DNA of 64,000 nt. Source: Eledone cirrhosa. Taxonomy: Eukaryota. Below, piece by piece: positions 39,555 through 52,505 of this stretch. Position 1 is the stretch's first letter. Every line of letters starts with the position of its first letter. The DNA lies in the NCBI GenBank assembly GCA_964016885.1, contig OZ024760.1:16368001-16432000 (forward strand), written 5' to 3'. The notes beneath the pieces are model-generated. The model saw only the letters and a list, made by a program, of their open reading frames with translations, ran no database searches and was not told the DNA's origin. The position numbers and the translations under genes are program-made.

Positions 39555-39556
<2 letters not shown>

Positions 39557-39897
39557 TCATCATCATCATTTCATTTTACGTCCGCTTTTTCCCTGCTTGC
39601 AAGGGTGGGACGGGAACTGATACTGGCTTGATTTCTACAGCTGGATGCCCTTCCTAACACCAACCTCATTTACAGTTAGTACTGGGTGGTTTTTTGCCGT
39701 GGCACCTCCACGACCACTTTGCAGTGGAATGATAGGGACCCCTGTCCCTATCATCTCATTTCTACAGCTGAGTAAACTGGAGCAATGTGAAATAAAGTGT
39801 CTTGCTCAAGGAAACAACACATCACCCGGTCTGAGAATTGAACTCACAACCTTTCGATTGCAAGGCCAATTGCTCTAACCACTAAGCCATGTGCCTC

Positions 39898-39898
<1 letters not shown>
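39555..39898 (-). mobile_element. SINE family A copy
   Basis: Reverse complement of family A, inside (TA)n. Confidence 0.85.
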
Positions 39899-39976
<78 letters not shown>

Positions 39977-41491
39977 ATGGCTTCTACAGGACTACAACTA
40001 TTCCATACAAATGAAACGGTTCTCGTCCTGTAGAAACCATTTCTATATTAGATAATTGTTTCTACCTTTGGCACAAGGCCAGCAATTACCCCCAGAGCAT
40101 TACTGGTACTTTATTTTATCGACCCCGAAAAGATGAAAGGCAAAGTTAACCTCGGCGGGATTTGAACTCAGAACATAAAGGGCCATAACTCTATGCTGCA
40201 AAGCATGATGCCCAACGCTTTACCGATTCTGCCAATCCTCTGCCATATATTAAATAATAATGTTTACAATCTACTAATGTATTGAGTACTTTTTTAACTG
40301 TGGTTACTCCCAATTTAACTCGGGATCTACACACACAAAGTCAATTAAATCGACCCTAGCACGTTACTGGTACTTTATTTTATTGACCCCGTAAGGATGA
40401 AAGGCAAAGCTAATCATGGCAGGATTTGAAACAAGAACGCAAAGGGCCGCAACTCCACGCTGCGAAACGTTGTTGTCGGTGGTTGTTTCCTACAACCTAG
40501 CTTGTGTGTGTGTCTATTGATAACAGATAGAAATGCAATGGCTGCACTGTTTTGATGTTGGGCCGCAACTCTATGCTGCAAATACTCCTAACCCTGACCC
40601 CACCACCCTCAACAGTTTTTACACAAATAATGACATTCCAATGTTGAAAAACTGAGTCATTGTCATTGTAACCCCCTTCTCTCTCTCAGCATTGACATAA
40701 CTGATCCATACCTCCCATCTTCATACACCCAACACACCACCCACGCACAAGGTCACTTTGATACAACCATACCAACACCAACAACACCAACACTAACAAC
40801 ACCAACACCACCAACACCAACAACACCAACACTAACAACACCAACACCAACAACACCAACAACACCAACACCAACAACAGTAGAGAAATGAAGTAACTAT
40901 GTTTTGTTGAATGTGCAATGTAAATATGGTAGAATAGAAAGGCGAGGGCTTGGATGAACTGAGGGAGAAACAGGGTTTTAGAGAAACTAATTACAAGTGG
41001 TCTGCAGTAGAGAAGACTGCACTGGTACAGACATGTGGCGGGCATGGATAATAATTGTTTCTTCTTTCGGCGCACAAGGCCAGCAATTACCCAGTGCGTT
41101 ACTGGTACTTTATTTTATCGATCCCGTAAGGATGAAAGGCAAAGTTAACCTCGACGGGATTTGAACTGAGAATGGCAAGGGCCGTAACTCTATGCGTCAA
41201 TGATCGCTGGGTGAAGAAGTGCCAGGAAATGCCAGTGGAGGTAGACCAAGAAAGAGCTGGGCAGAGGTTGTGAGAGCTGACCCAAAATCACTGGGATGAC
41301 GAAGAAACGCAGAGGAGATGACAAAGAAACTGTGCGAGTGGAGAGACGCTATGCTGAAAGGGACCCATGGAAGCATGGAAAGTAGATAGTAACAACTGTT
41401 TCACAGATGGTTGCTAAGGATCTATGAAAATGCTATAAACCCCGACTCCAGCCCAATTTGTTCATCAGACTTGTTAACAAAGCAAAACCAA

Positions 41492-41553
<62 letters not shown>

Positions 41554-41843
41554 ATCTGTCTAGCTCTAAACATCGAGTCTAGCTCTACACTCAACACACA
41601 AGTGAACCTAAACATTGAGTGCTCACCCAGGTGAACCTACAGTAACTCCACATTACACTCCCTGGATATATATGTGTGTGTGTGTGTCAGCATAGAAGAG
41701 GGAGACCGGGGGTTGACATGTTGATGCCCTAAGGACAGACACAGCTCTCTTGGAGACGCAGGACATGGCAGCGATTATGAGGGACAGAGACCGTTGGAGA
41801 GAACTCTTCCATGGATCTCAGGGAGGGGGGATTTTACCTGCCC

Positions 41844-41883
<40 letters not shown>

Positions 41884-42921
41884 CGGCTGTCCCCAAGTGA
41901 CAAAGTAACAGCAGCCACTAGCTATATCTCAAGTGGTCACTGTCTGGTTGTTATCAATCAGAACTGTCATACTATTTACACACACACACACACAATACAC
42001 ACATCACATACATGACACACGCACATCACATCTCATACACACACAATACACACATCACATACATGACACACACACATCACATCTCATACACACACAATAC
42101 ACACATCACATACATTATATACACTCAGACATGCCATAAACACACATCCTATACAGACAAACATCACACACACACACGGATATCCCATAAACACACATCC
42201 TATACAGACATACATGACACATTAATATTAAACACCTATATACAAATGAAAACAACAACAACAGCAGCAAATATAAAGGTAAAATGAGTCAGTATTTGTT
42301 AGAACCACTCAACTGTTACAACAATCAGTCCCTTACCATCTTCCTATCTCCACCCCACCATCTTCCAATCACGACGCTACCATCACAACCACCACCACCA
42401 TCTTCCAATCACCACTCCACCATCACAACCACCACCACCATCACAACCACCACCATAGCCACCACCACCATCTTCCAATCACGACGCCACCATCACAACC
42501 ACCACCACCACCACCACCATCTTCTAATCTTCACACCATCACCACCATCATAAGCCCCTCACCATCTTCCAATCTCCACCCCACCATCACACCTGCCTCC
42601 ATCTTCCAATACCCACTCCACCATCCACCAATATCCACACCACCATCACAACCACCACCATCTTCCAATCACCACACCATCACCACCACCACTACCACCA
42701 CTACCACCACCACCACCACTTTGCAACCACCCAAACAGTAGTTTATGATCAACACCACCATCACCACTTTCCACTCCTTATGATGGTTCTATCATCATCA
42801 CCACCCCCACCACCCCCACTACCCCCACAGTAGTTCTATGTGCCCCACCCACGGTAGTTCTATGATTACCACAACCACCATAACTACACAACTTAGTCAT
42901 GACACCAGACAATAGTTTAGG

Positions 42922-43594
<673 letters not shown>

Positions 43595-44695
43595 ACCACA
43601 GACCTGCTGAAGACTTAGTCATGACACCAGAATAAACACAATCATCAAGACACCTTCCAGAACAATCCACAAAAACAATAGAACTCCCCCCACCCACCTC
43701 ATCACTATACCACCCTACCGCAATTAATTAAAACATTCTTTAGAAACGAAGAATATTAAAACCAAAATTAATAAACCAAGTTGAAATATCTTTAATAAGC
43801 CAGTCAGATTAGTTTTGTCTGGGTTTTTCAACTTTTAAAACATTCTTTGTTTTTCCCTGTGAAATTTCATTAAACCAAACTTTTAATTATTTTTGGAAGT
43901 CTTGGGGCGGAGATTGAAGGTGTGGGGCTGGGAATGAGGACACATCAAAACTAAACTAAACTTTGATTTAGTTCTAGCAATGCATGCTGGAGGTACATAA
44001 TCAAACAGGACCTGACAGACTAAATATAGTCTTAGTTCTGGCAATGGTGGAGGTAGAGACTAAGAGGGGGGGGGGGGGGAGAAGGGCACTGAGTCTGCTC
44101 CTACTCCGACTACTACTTACAAAAGTCAAGGACACTGACCCTAATACTACCACCATCACCCCTTGTACTACTGTCACCACCACTACTAGTATTACCACCA
44201 CCACCACCACCACTACTAGTATTATCACCACCACTACTAGTACTACCACCACCATCACTATTACTACTACAACCACCACCAGAAGTACTACTACCACCAT
44301 GACAACTACCACTACTGTTGAGAGAAAGTAAACACATTTAAAATAAAATACCCCCCCCCCCCTCCTCTCATAAGCCCCCCCCCCCCCCCCAAAAAAAAAA
44401 AATTTGAATATTTTTAGGTAACATTAAGCACCCCACTTCTACCTTCTATCGAAATTGTGTGATTTAATTAAGGAAAAGTGGTCTAACGAGAAATAGTTGA
44501 TACTGTAATATTTACATATCCTTCAAAGATGACAGCCCCCCCCCCCCCTCCCCCCAGTAGCTGGTGAGGTCACAAGTCTTTATCTAGGGGTGAGTTTAGT
44601 GAGGTCAACAGCAGATGGTAGTATATGTTGACATTTCTTATGAATGTATCAATTCTCTCTCTCGCTTTCTCTGTATATATATGTCTGTGTGTGTG

Positions 44696-44734
<39 letters not shown>

Positions 44735-44771
44735 AATTAAAATACTGGAGTGTGTTGGAGTTAAACACCCT

Positions 44772-44816
<45 letters not shown>

Positions 44817-44847
44817 AAAGAATAGAAGTGTAACACACAAGTTATTA

Positions 44848-45175
44848 TATATTGGTAAACGGAATAGAAAATGCTGACAAATTGTTCACAGTTGAAAAAT
44901 GGTTTAATTAGGAATAAAAGAGTATTAGTAATTGTATGGGTTAGTATTCAGTTGTGGTTTTAAGTTTTTACCGGTTACGCATTTCTAAATGCTTTTCAAA
45001 AATAATTTTGAGATAGAGTGTCCGTGTTGTTTGCTCTGATCTGTGCAACCGGTAAAAACTTAAAAACTTAAAACCACAACTGAATACTAACCCATACAAT
45101 TACTAATACTCTTTTATTCCTAATTAAACCATTTTTCAACTGTGAACAATTTGTCAGCATTTTCTATTCCGTTTA

Positions 45176-45183
<8 letters not shown>
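44848..45183. repeat. Inverted repeat with about 125-bp arms, TA-flanked
   Basis: 44848-44976 versus about 45047-45183, near-perfect; the minus strand has GAAA-TGCG-TA at the inner end of the arm. Confidence 0.85.
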
Positions 45184-45223
<40 letters not shown>

Positions 45224-45532
45224 AAAGTTCTATTTAAATTGTTGGGATACAACAAACAAATATTTTTATAACTGATATAAAGCACTCAACATGAAAACAT
45301 ACTCTTTTTTCTTTTTTCTTGTTTTCGTTCTTTCTTTCTCTCTTTTCTCTCTCTCCACGTTCTTTTTTTTTTTTCTCTTTCTCCGTCTTTTTCCCTCTCT
45401 GTAACACAACGACTTATTTTAAAAATACTAATATAATGTAAACAACTTCACTATCCCGCAATCTTCCAAAAGTAACGGTTGCATTTTGTAAGGGTATGGC
45501 AATATTTATTTATAAAACTGTTATATATTGTA

Positions 45533-45593
45533 TTTTGTCTGATGAAAGCATACCATAATTTAACATGGTATCCTTGAAATATGTATAATAAAA
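45533..45593 (+). ncRNA. Minimal type I hammerhead ribozyme motif
   Basis: TTTTGT-CTGATGA-AAGcATACCAT..ATGGTATcCTT-GAAA-TATGTA-TA-ATAAAA. Confidence 0.72.
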
Positions 45594-45773
45594 TAGATAT
45601 GGTTTTATAAATATAGTTTCCATTTATTAATATCGTATATATATATATATATAGTTATATATATATATAGTTAGATATATATATATATATAGTTATATAT
45701 ATCTATCTAACTATATATATATATATATATACGATATTAATAAATGGAAACTATATTTATAAAACCATATCTA

Positions 45774-45834
45774 TTTTATTATACATATTTCAAGGATACC
45801 ATGTTAAATTATGGTATGCTTTCATCAGACAAAA
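45774..45834 (-). ncRNA. Hammerhead motif, inverted copy of 45533-45593
   Basis: Reverse complement of the 45533-45593 motif across a TA-rich spacer. Confidence 0.72.
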
Positions 45835-45866
45835 TACAATATATAACAGTTTTATAAATAAATATA

Positions 45867-45903
<37 letters not shown>

Positions 45904-46180
45904 CTATATATATATATATATATTTCTATATATATATATATATATATTTCTATATATATATAGTTCTATATATATATATATATTTCTATATATATATAGT
46001 TCTATATATATATATATATTTCTATATATATATAGTTCTATATATATATATATATAGTTCTATATATATGTATATATAGTTCTATATATATATATATATA
46101 GTTAGATATATATATATAGTTAGATATATATATATATAGTTATATATAAGAACAAAAGATGGTTAAAGGAGTTCCATGTA

Positions 46181-46247
46181 TTTTATTATGCGCATTTCAA
46201 AAACAAACATTATCATGCAATAATATTTGTGTTTTCATCAGATAAAA
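46181..46247 (-). ncRNA. Minimal type I hammerhead ribozyme motif
   Basis: Minus strand: TTTTAT-CTGATGA-AAACACAAATATTA..TAATGTTTGTTTTT-GAAA-TGCGCA-TA-ATAAAA. Confidence 0.75.
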
Positions 46248-46425
46248 CAGGAGGACATGATATGAAGGCTAAAAAAACACTTGTGGATAGTGCAGTTTTA
46301 AATCAACATATATATAGTTAGATATATATGTGTGTGTGTGTATGTTCATTTGTTTTGTGGTTCACCAATGGATTAGAACTGGTCATTCAGCTTAGTGATG
46401 ATGTAATAATAGTATATATATATAG

Positions 46426-46467
<42 letters not shown>

Positions 46468-46562
46468 ATATATATATGTGTGTGTGTGTGTATGTTCATT
46501 TGTTTTGTGGTTCACCAATGAATTAGAACTGGTCATTCAGCTTAGTGATGATGTAATAATAG

Positions 46563-46596
<34 letters not shown>

Positions 46597-46852
46597 TATA
46601 CATATATATATATATATACACACACATTATATACATTCATTCATACACACACACACACACAGACATCTATAATGAAAATTATTGTTTACAGTGCTATATA
46701 CACACATATATTTGTATATACACATTCAACTAGTGTGATGACATCTTTCAAGTTACCACTGGCTGTTTACATAGAATTTATATAACATCTCACCAGTGAT
46801 TTAACAGTGGTGAAACTTTATATAGTTAAATACACACACACACACACACACA

Positions 46853-47182
46853 CATCATCATCATTCATTTCATTTTACGTCTGCCCTTTCCCTGCTTGCA
46901 AGGGTGGGACGGAAACTGATTCTGGCTTGATTTCTAACACCAACCTCATTTACAGTGAGTGCTGGGTGCTTTTTTTTTTTTCCGTGGCGCCTACACGTCC
47001 ACTTTAGAGTGGAATGATAGGGACCCCACTCCCTATCATCTCATTTCCACAGCTGAGTAAACTGGAGCAATGTGAAATAAAGTGTCTTGTTCAAGGAAAC
47101 AACACATCACCCGGTCTGAGAATTGAACTCACAACCTTTCGATTGCAAGGCCAATGCTCTAACCACTAAGCCATGTGCCTCC
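46853..47182 (-). mobile_element. SINE family A copy
   Basis: Reverse complement of family A. Confidence 0.85.
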
Positions 47183-47185
47183 ATG

Positions 47186-47216
<31 letters not shown>

Positions 47217-47217
<1 letters not shown>

Positions 47218-47408
47218 ACGAAGGAAAAGTGGTAAGGAACCAGGTGGACCATAACGCACCAAAGTACTCAATACTTGAGGTATTAGAGTGGGTAATAGGA
47301 ACCAGTAAGACCCCGACAGCTGAGCTCAAGCCGTTTCGACGGCTAATTCTGGACTCAAGAATTAGCCGTCGAAACGGCTTGAGCTCAGCTGTCGGGGTCT
47401 TACTGGTT

Positions 47409-47413
<5 letters not shown>
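47217..47413 (-). mobile_element. Fold-back mini-element (3' half-hammerhead family)
   Basis: Perfect 56-bp inverted arms at 47295-47413 with a 7-nt loop; (TA)n on both sides. Confidence 0.72.
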
Positions 47414-47469
<56 letters not shown>

Positions 47470-47498
47470 CTATATATATATATATCTATATATATATT

Positions 47499-47533
<35 letters not shown>

Positions 47534-47627
47534 ATATATATATATATCTATATATATATTTATATATATATCTATATATATATATATATCTATATATATA
47601 TTTATATATATATATATATATTTATAT

Positions 47628-47975
47628 GGAGGCACATGGCTTAGTGGTTAGAGCATTGGCCTTGCAATCGAAAGGCTGTGAGTTCAATTCTCAGACCGGG
47701 TGATGTGTTGTTTCCTTGAGCAAGGCACTTTATTTCACATTGCTCCAGTTTACTCAGCTGTAGAAATGAGATGATAGGGACTGGTGTCCCTATCATTCCA
47801 CTGTAAAGTGGTCGTGGAGGTGCCACGGCAAAAAAGCACCCAGCACTCACTGTAAATGAGGTTGGTGTTAGGAAGGGCATCCAGCTGTAGAAATCAAGCC
47901 AGCATCAGTTCCCATCCCACCCTTGCAAGCAGGGAAAAAGCGGATGTAAAATGAAATGATGATGAATGATGATGA
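47628..47975 (+). mobile_element. SINE family A copy
   Basis: Near-identical to 4165-4516. Confidence 0.85.
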
Positions 47976-48597
47976 TATATCTATATATATATTTATATAT
48001 ATCTATATATATATTTATATATATATATATTTATATATATATATATTTATATATATATATATTTATATATATATATATTTATATATATATAAATATATAT
48101 ATATAAATATATATTGGAAAATGTGTGAGGTCCTTGGTACAGTTAGGTATATTTGAAAAAAAGGAAAAGAGTGACTTCCCTTGTAGTTGGAATTCTATAA
48201 CAATTTAATTTAATAATTTTATTGTGTAGAGGAAAATTATTAAATTAAATTATAGAATACCAACTCAATTGAAGCCATTCTTTCCCCCTTTTATTTATAT
48301 ATATATATATGTGTGTGTGTATATATATGTGTGTGTGTAGGTATGTATGTCCTGTAACTCCTGATAGAGTCATAGGGGTGCTGTGTTGACAGAGTTTCTT
48401 GGGCATTTTTAAGCCTGGCAGAGCCCATCCTTCCCCAGGCCTGAGTACAACAGATTTCTTCACACACACACACACACACACGCATATATATATATACACA
48501 CACATATATATATATATATATATACACACACATATATATATATATATATATACACACGCATACACACACATATATATATATATACACACGCATACAC

Positions 48598-48646
<49 letters not shown>

Positions 48647-48711
48647 CATACACACACATATATATACACACACAGATATACATATATATATATACATACA
48701 CATATATATAC

Positions 48712-51700
48712 CCAACACCCCTCCCTCCCACCCCCACACACCACCATTGCTATTACGTGGACCAATCATAAAACAGAGCCCCCACGTATCACCAGTATTA
48801 TTACGCGGACCAATCAGAAACCAGAGGCCTATACTATCGCTTGCCTGGTTGCCTTTCGATATACGATATATGATGGATGGATGGACTGCGGAATCCTGGA
48901 GAGTGGAGGTGAGAGAGAAAAATCTGGACGCTCAGCGACAATGCCAAAGATAAAGACAAATTCACCCCTTGGACGAGAATGCGAGCACTCCTCATTGTTT
49001 CGACCGCGGACGGCTAACATAACCCCATCGCCCCCCGCCCCTCACCGCCCCCAACCCCCAAACGCAATCCAAAACTTCAGAGTTGGTACCATAAATGTAG
49101 GCACCCTAAAGGGTCGCGCTAACGAGGTTGTAGAAATGCTTGAACGTAAGGAGGTCGATGTTTGTTGTATTCAAGAGACCAGGTGGAGGGGTGGGTCTGC
49201 TAGGTTCATTGAGGGTAAAAAACGTTGTTATAAGCTTTTCTGGGTGGGAAACGACGATGGGCTGGGTGGAGTAGGAATCATGGTAGCAGAAAAGTGGGCA
49301 GATAAGATAATAGACGTAAATAGAGTGAACGACAGAATAATTAAAATACGACTTGTCCTCAATAGAACTACGGTGACAGTAATATCTGCGTACGCACCCC
49401 AATCCGGACTGCCCGGCACTATAAAAGACAGATTCTATGAGACACTGATGCTAACTACCTCCCAAATATCCGACAGTGACTATATAATTATCGCAGGCGA
49501 CCTAAATGGTCACGTTGGACAACATTGTGACGGCTACGACGAAATCCATGGAGGCTATGGGTTTGGTACTAGAAATGAGGAAGGCTCCAGAATCCTGGAA
49601 TTCTGTGATGCAAATAACCTAACTATCTGTAACACTAACTTCAAAAAACGTGACAATCACCTGATCACCTATAGATCCGGGGAACACACAAGCCAGGTAG
49701 ATTATATCCTTACCAGAAGACGTGACAGAGTGTCTGTTGTTAACACTAAATCCCTCCCCCATGAAGAATGCACCTCCCAACATAGACTGATAATTAGCGA
49801 CCTCATAGTCAGGACGAGACGTACTCGACAACAGAAGAGGACTATCCTCAGGAGGAAAATATGGAAGCTAAAGGACCCCACAGCCAGGAATAAATTTCAA
49901 AGCATATTACTTGATGCTTTCGACAGTAAGGAAGAACATTTAGAGTCGGACAATATAGAGGGAGAGTGGGAATTTCTGAAAGCAAACCTGCTGTTGGCGA
50001 CAGACGAGGTCTGTGGCTGGAGCAGGCCTGTAGGCAGGAGGAGAGTAACATGGTGGTGGAACAGTAAGGTGGAGGGGTCAATTAAGGCCAAAAAGCAGGC
50101 TTGGAAAGTATGGCGGGATGGGGGAAGTAGAGAGGACTATCAAGTGGCCAGGAGGGAAGCTAGGAGACAAGTGTACTTAGCAAGAAGGGAAGCTGAGGAA
50201 AGAAAGTTCAAGCATGTTCTACAACGCGATGACCAAAAACGTGAGGTGTTCAGGATTGCTAGGCAATGCGTCAAGGAAAACCGTGATATTGTCGGGGAGA
50301 AGTGTGTACTAAACGACGATGGCACACTTGCCATCACCGACGCTGATAAGAAGGTAGCTTGGAAGTGTCACTATGAAAGGCTTCTAAATGAGGAGAATAA
50401 TTGGGAGAAAGGCAGTCTCCCCCATATCGACCCAATAGAGGGACCAGCAGTGTTAGTCGAGGGGAGTATAATAAGTAAGGCAATCAAGGATATGAAGACT
50501 GGTAAGGCGGCTGGGCCTTCGGAAATAGTTGCTGAGATGCTGAAGGCATCTGGCACGGTGGGACACACCATGGTCACCCGCATAGTTAACCAAGTCGTAC
50601 AAAACGGGGTTGTTCCGAAGGACTGGCATAGCAGCATCATCGTTAACTGTTATAAGGGTAAAGGAGACGCCCTAGATAGGAGTAACTATAGAGGCATTAA
50701 ATTAATCGACCAGGTCATGAAGGTCACGGAAAGAGTAATAGCGCAACTAATCAGAGAGAGAATTGACCTAGATGAAATGCAGTTCGGGTTTGTGTCAGGC
50801 AAAAGTACCACAGACGCTCTTTTCATAGTACGACAACTACAAGAGAAGTACCTAGCTAAAGGTAAACCCCTCTACTTAGCTTTTGTCGACTTGGAGAAAG
50901 CCTTCGACAGAGTCCCCCGCTCCATTATCTGGTGGGCTCTTAGAAAACTAGGCGTTGACGAATGGCTTGTGAGGGCTATACAAGCCATGTATAAAGAAAC
51001 AGTCAGCAAGGTTAGAATTAACAACGAATATAGTGAAGAGTTTAGCGTAAAAGTCGGCGTCCATCAGGGCTCTGTTCTCAGTCCACTACTATTTATTATT
51101 GCCCTTCAGGCCATAACAGAGGAGTTCAAGACAGGCTGCCCATGGGAACTCCTATACGCAGACGACCTGACACTCATAGCGGAATCAATGGCCGAGCTAG
51201 AGAAGAAATTCCAAACATGGAAGCACGGCCTAGAGTCAAAAGGACTTAAAATTAACCTGGCTAAGACCAAAGTACTAGTTTGTAGGAAAGAAAACAAGGC
51301 GGCGGTCCCTTCTGGGAAATGGTCGTGCTCGGTGTGTAGGAAAGGCGTAGGTAGAAACTCCATTTTATGTCCTAAATGCAAAGTATGGGTGCATAAAAGA
51401 TGTAGTGGGATCACAGGTAGGCTAACTAAGAACATAGATTTTACATGTGGCCGGTGCTCTGGTGCAATAAGTAGCAGCAAGTGCCCACAAACTACTAGCT
51501 CTTTCAATTGCGCAGAGGGTTCTATAGAAATAGTGGACAGCTTCCGTTACCTGGGCGATAAAATCAGCAGTGGGGGAGGGTGCTCTGAAAGTACTGTAGC
51601 TAGAGTCAGAACTGGTTGGAAAAAGTTCAGAGAGCTTATACCACTATTAGCTGCTAAAGGGTTCTCACTAAAAATGAAAGGCAGGTTGTACGATGCCTGC

Positions 51701-52505
51701 ATACGAACAGCAATGCTGCATGGCAGTGAGACCTGGGCATTGTGTGCAGAGGATATACGCAGACTAGAGAGGAACGAAGCTTGCATGCTCCGCTGGATGT
51801 GTAACAGTAATATACGTGAACGGCAAAGCATAAACGAACTAAGGAATAAATTAGAGATAAGAGGGATCAGATGTTGTTTACTCGAGAGAAGGCTACGTTG
51901 GTATGGACACGTGATGCGCATGAAAGTCGATAGCTGTATAACAAAGTGCAGGGCAATAAAGATAGACGGTAGTCACGGAATAGGCAGACCTAGAAAAACC
52001 TGGGACGAGCTGATAAACTCCGACATCACACACTTACACCTCTCCAAGACAATGTCACTGGACCGAGACCTTTGGCGGTACTCAGTAACAGAGAAGACCC
52101 GCCTTACCTAAATATATAGTAAAACCTACTCCAGCCAGTAGGCATCTCTAACAAATACACCCCGTCCCACCACCCCCACCCGATCCACACCACCCCGTTC
52201 TATGTAAAGTTATGTTGGTGCCGCGCCATCGAGGCCGAAACAAATGAGATCGTGTAGGTGTCACGACAAAAAAACACACAGTCCACGCTGTAATGTGGCC
52301 GTGTAGGCAACACGGTAAAAACCTCCCAGACCCACACTGTAAATGTGGTTGGTGTTAGGAAGGGCATCCAACTGTAGAAAAACCTGCCAGACAGTCCTAT
52401 GCGAGCAAGACAATCACTCTTGCCTCAAGTGGGACTACCCCCGTCCAAACCCATGCAAGCGTGGAACACGGACGTTAAACGTTGATGATGATGATGATGA
52501 TGATA
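48712..52505 (+). mobile_element. Apparently full-length RTE-clade non-LTR retrotransposon (LINE)
   Basis: Single long ORF, short 5' UTR, 3' UTR ending in a (GAT)n tail, flanked on both sides by TA/CA microsatellite. Confidence 0.92.
48881..52111 (+). CDS. RTE ORF: APE endonuclease + reverse transcriptase + Cys-rich (PHD-like) insert
   Basis: APE motifs GTINV, IQETRW, SAYAPQ, GDLNGH, DYIL, SQHRL; RT motifs DLEKAFDRV, GVHQGSVLSPLLF, LYADD; C-terminal RLRWYGHV..GRPRKTW; no stops over 1076 aa (true start may be M at 48941). Confidence 0.95.
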   Translation: MDCGILESGGEREKSGRSATMPKIKTNSPLGRECEHSSLFRPRTANITPSPPAPHRPQPPNAIQNFRVGTINVGTLKGRANEVVEMLERKEVDVCCIQETRWRGGSARFIEGKKRCYKLFWVGNDDGLGGVGIMVAEKWADKIIDVNRVNDRIIKIRLVLNRTTVTVISAYAPQSGLPGTIKDRFYETLMLTTSQISDSDYIIIAGDLNGHVGQHCDGYDEIHGGYGFGTRNEEGSRILEFCDANNLTICNTNFKKRDNHLITYRSGEHTSQVDYILTRRRDRVSVVNTKSLPHEECTSQHRLIISDLIVRTRRTRQQKRTILRRKIWKLKDPTARNKFQSILLDAFDSKEEHLESDNIEGEWEFLKANLLLATDEVCGWSRPVGRRRVTWWWNSKVEGSIKAKKQAWKVWRDGGSREDYQVARREARRQVYLARREAEERKFKHVLQRDDQKREVFRIARQCVKENRDIVGEKCVLNDDGTLAITDADKKVAWKCHYERLLNEENNWEKGSLPHIDPIEGPAVLVEGSIISKAIKDMKTGKAAGPSEIVAEMLKASGTVGHTMVTRIVNQVVQNGVVPKDWHSSIIVNCYKGKGDALDRSNYRGIKLIDQVMKVTERVIAQLIRERIDLDEMQFGFVSGKSTTDALFIVRQLQEKYLAKGKPLYLAFVDLEKAFDRVPRSIIWWALRKLGVDEWLVRAIQAMYKETVSKVRINNEYSEEFSVKVGVHQGSVLSPLLFIIALQAITEEFKTGCPWELLYADDLTLIAESMAELEKKFQTWKHGLESKGLKINLAKTKVLVCRKENKAAVPSGKWSCSVCRKGVGRNSILCPKCKVWVHKRCSGITGRLTKNIDFTCGRCSGAISSSKCPQTTSSFNCAEGSIEIVDSFRYLGDKISSGGGCSESTVARVRTGWKKFRELIPLLAAKGFSLKMKGRLYDACIRTAMLHGSETWALCAEDIRRLERNEACMLRWMCNSNIRERQSINELRNKLEIRGIRCCLLERRLRWYGHVMRMKVDSCITKCRAIKIDGSHGIGRPRKTWDELINSDITHLHLSKTMSLDRDLWRYSVTEKTRLT

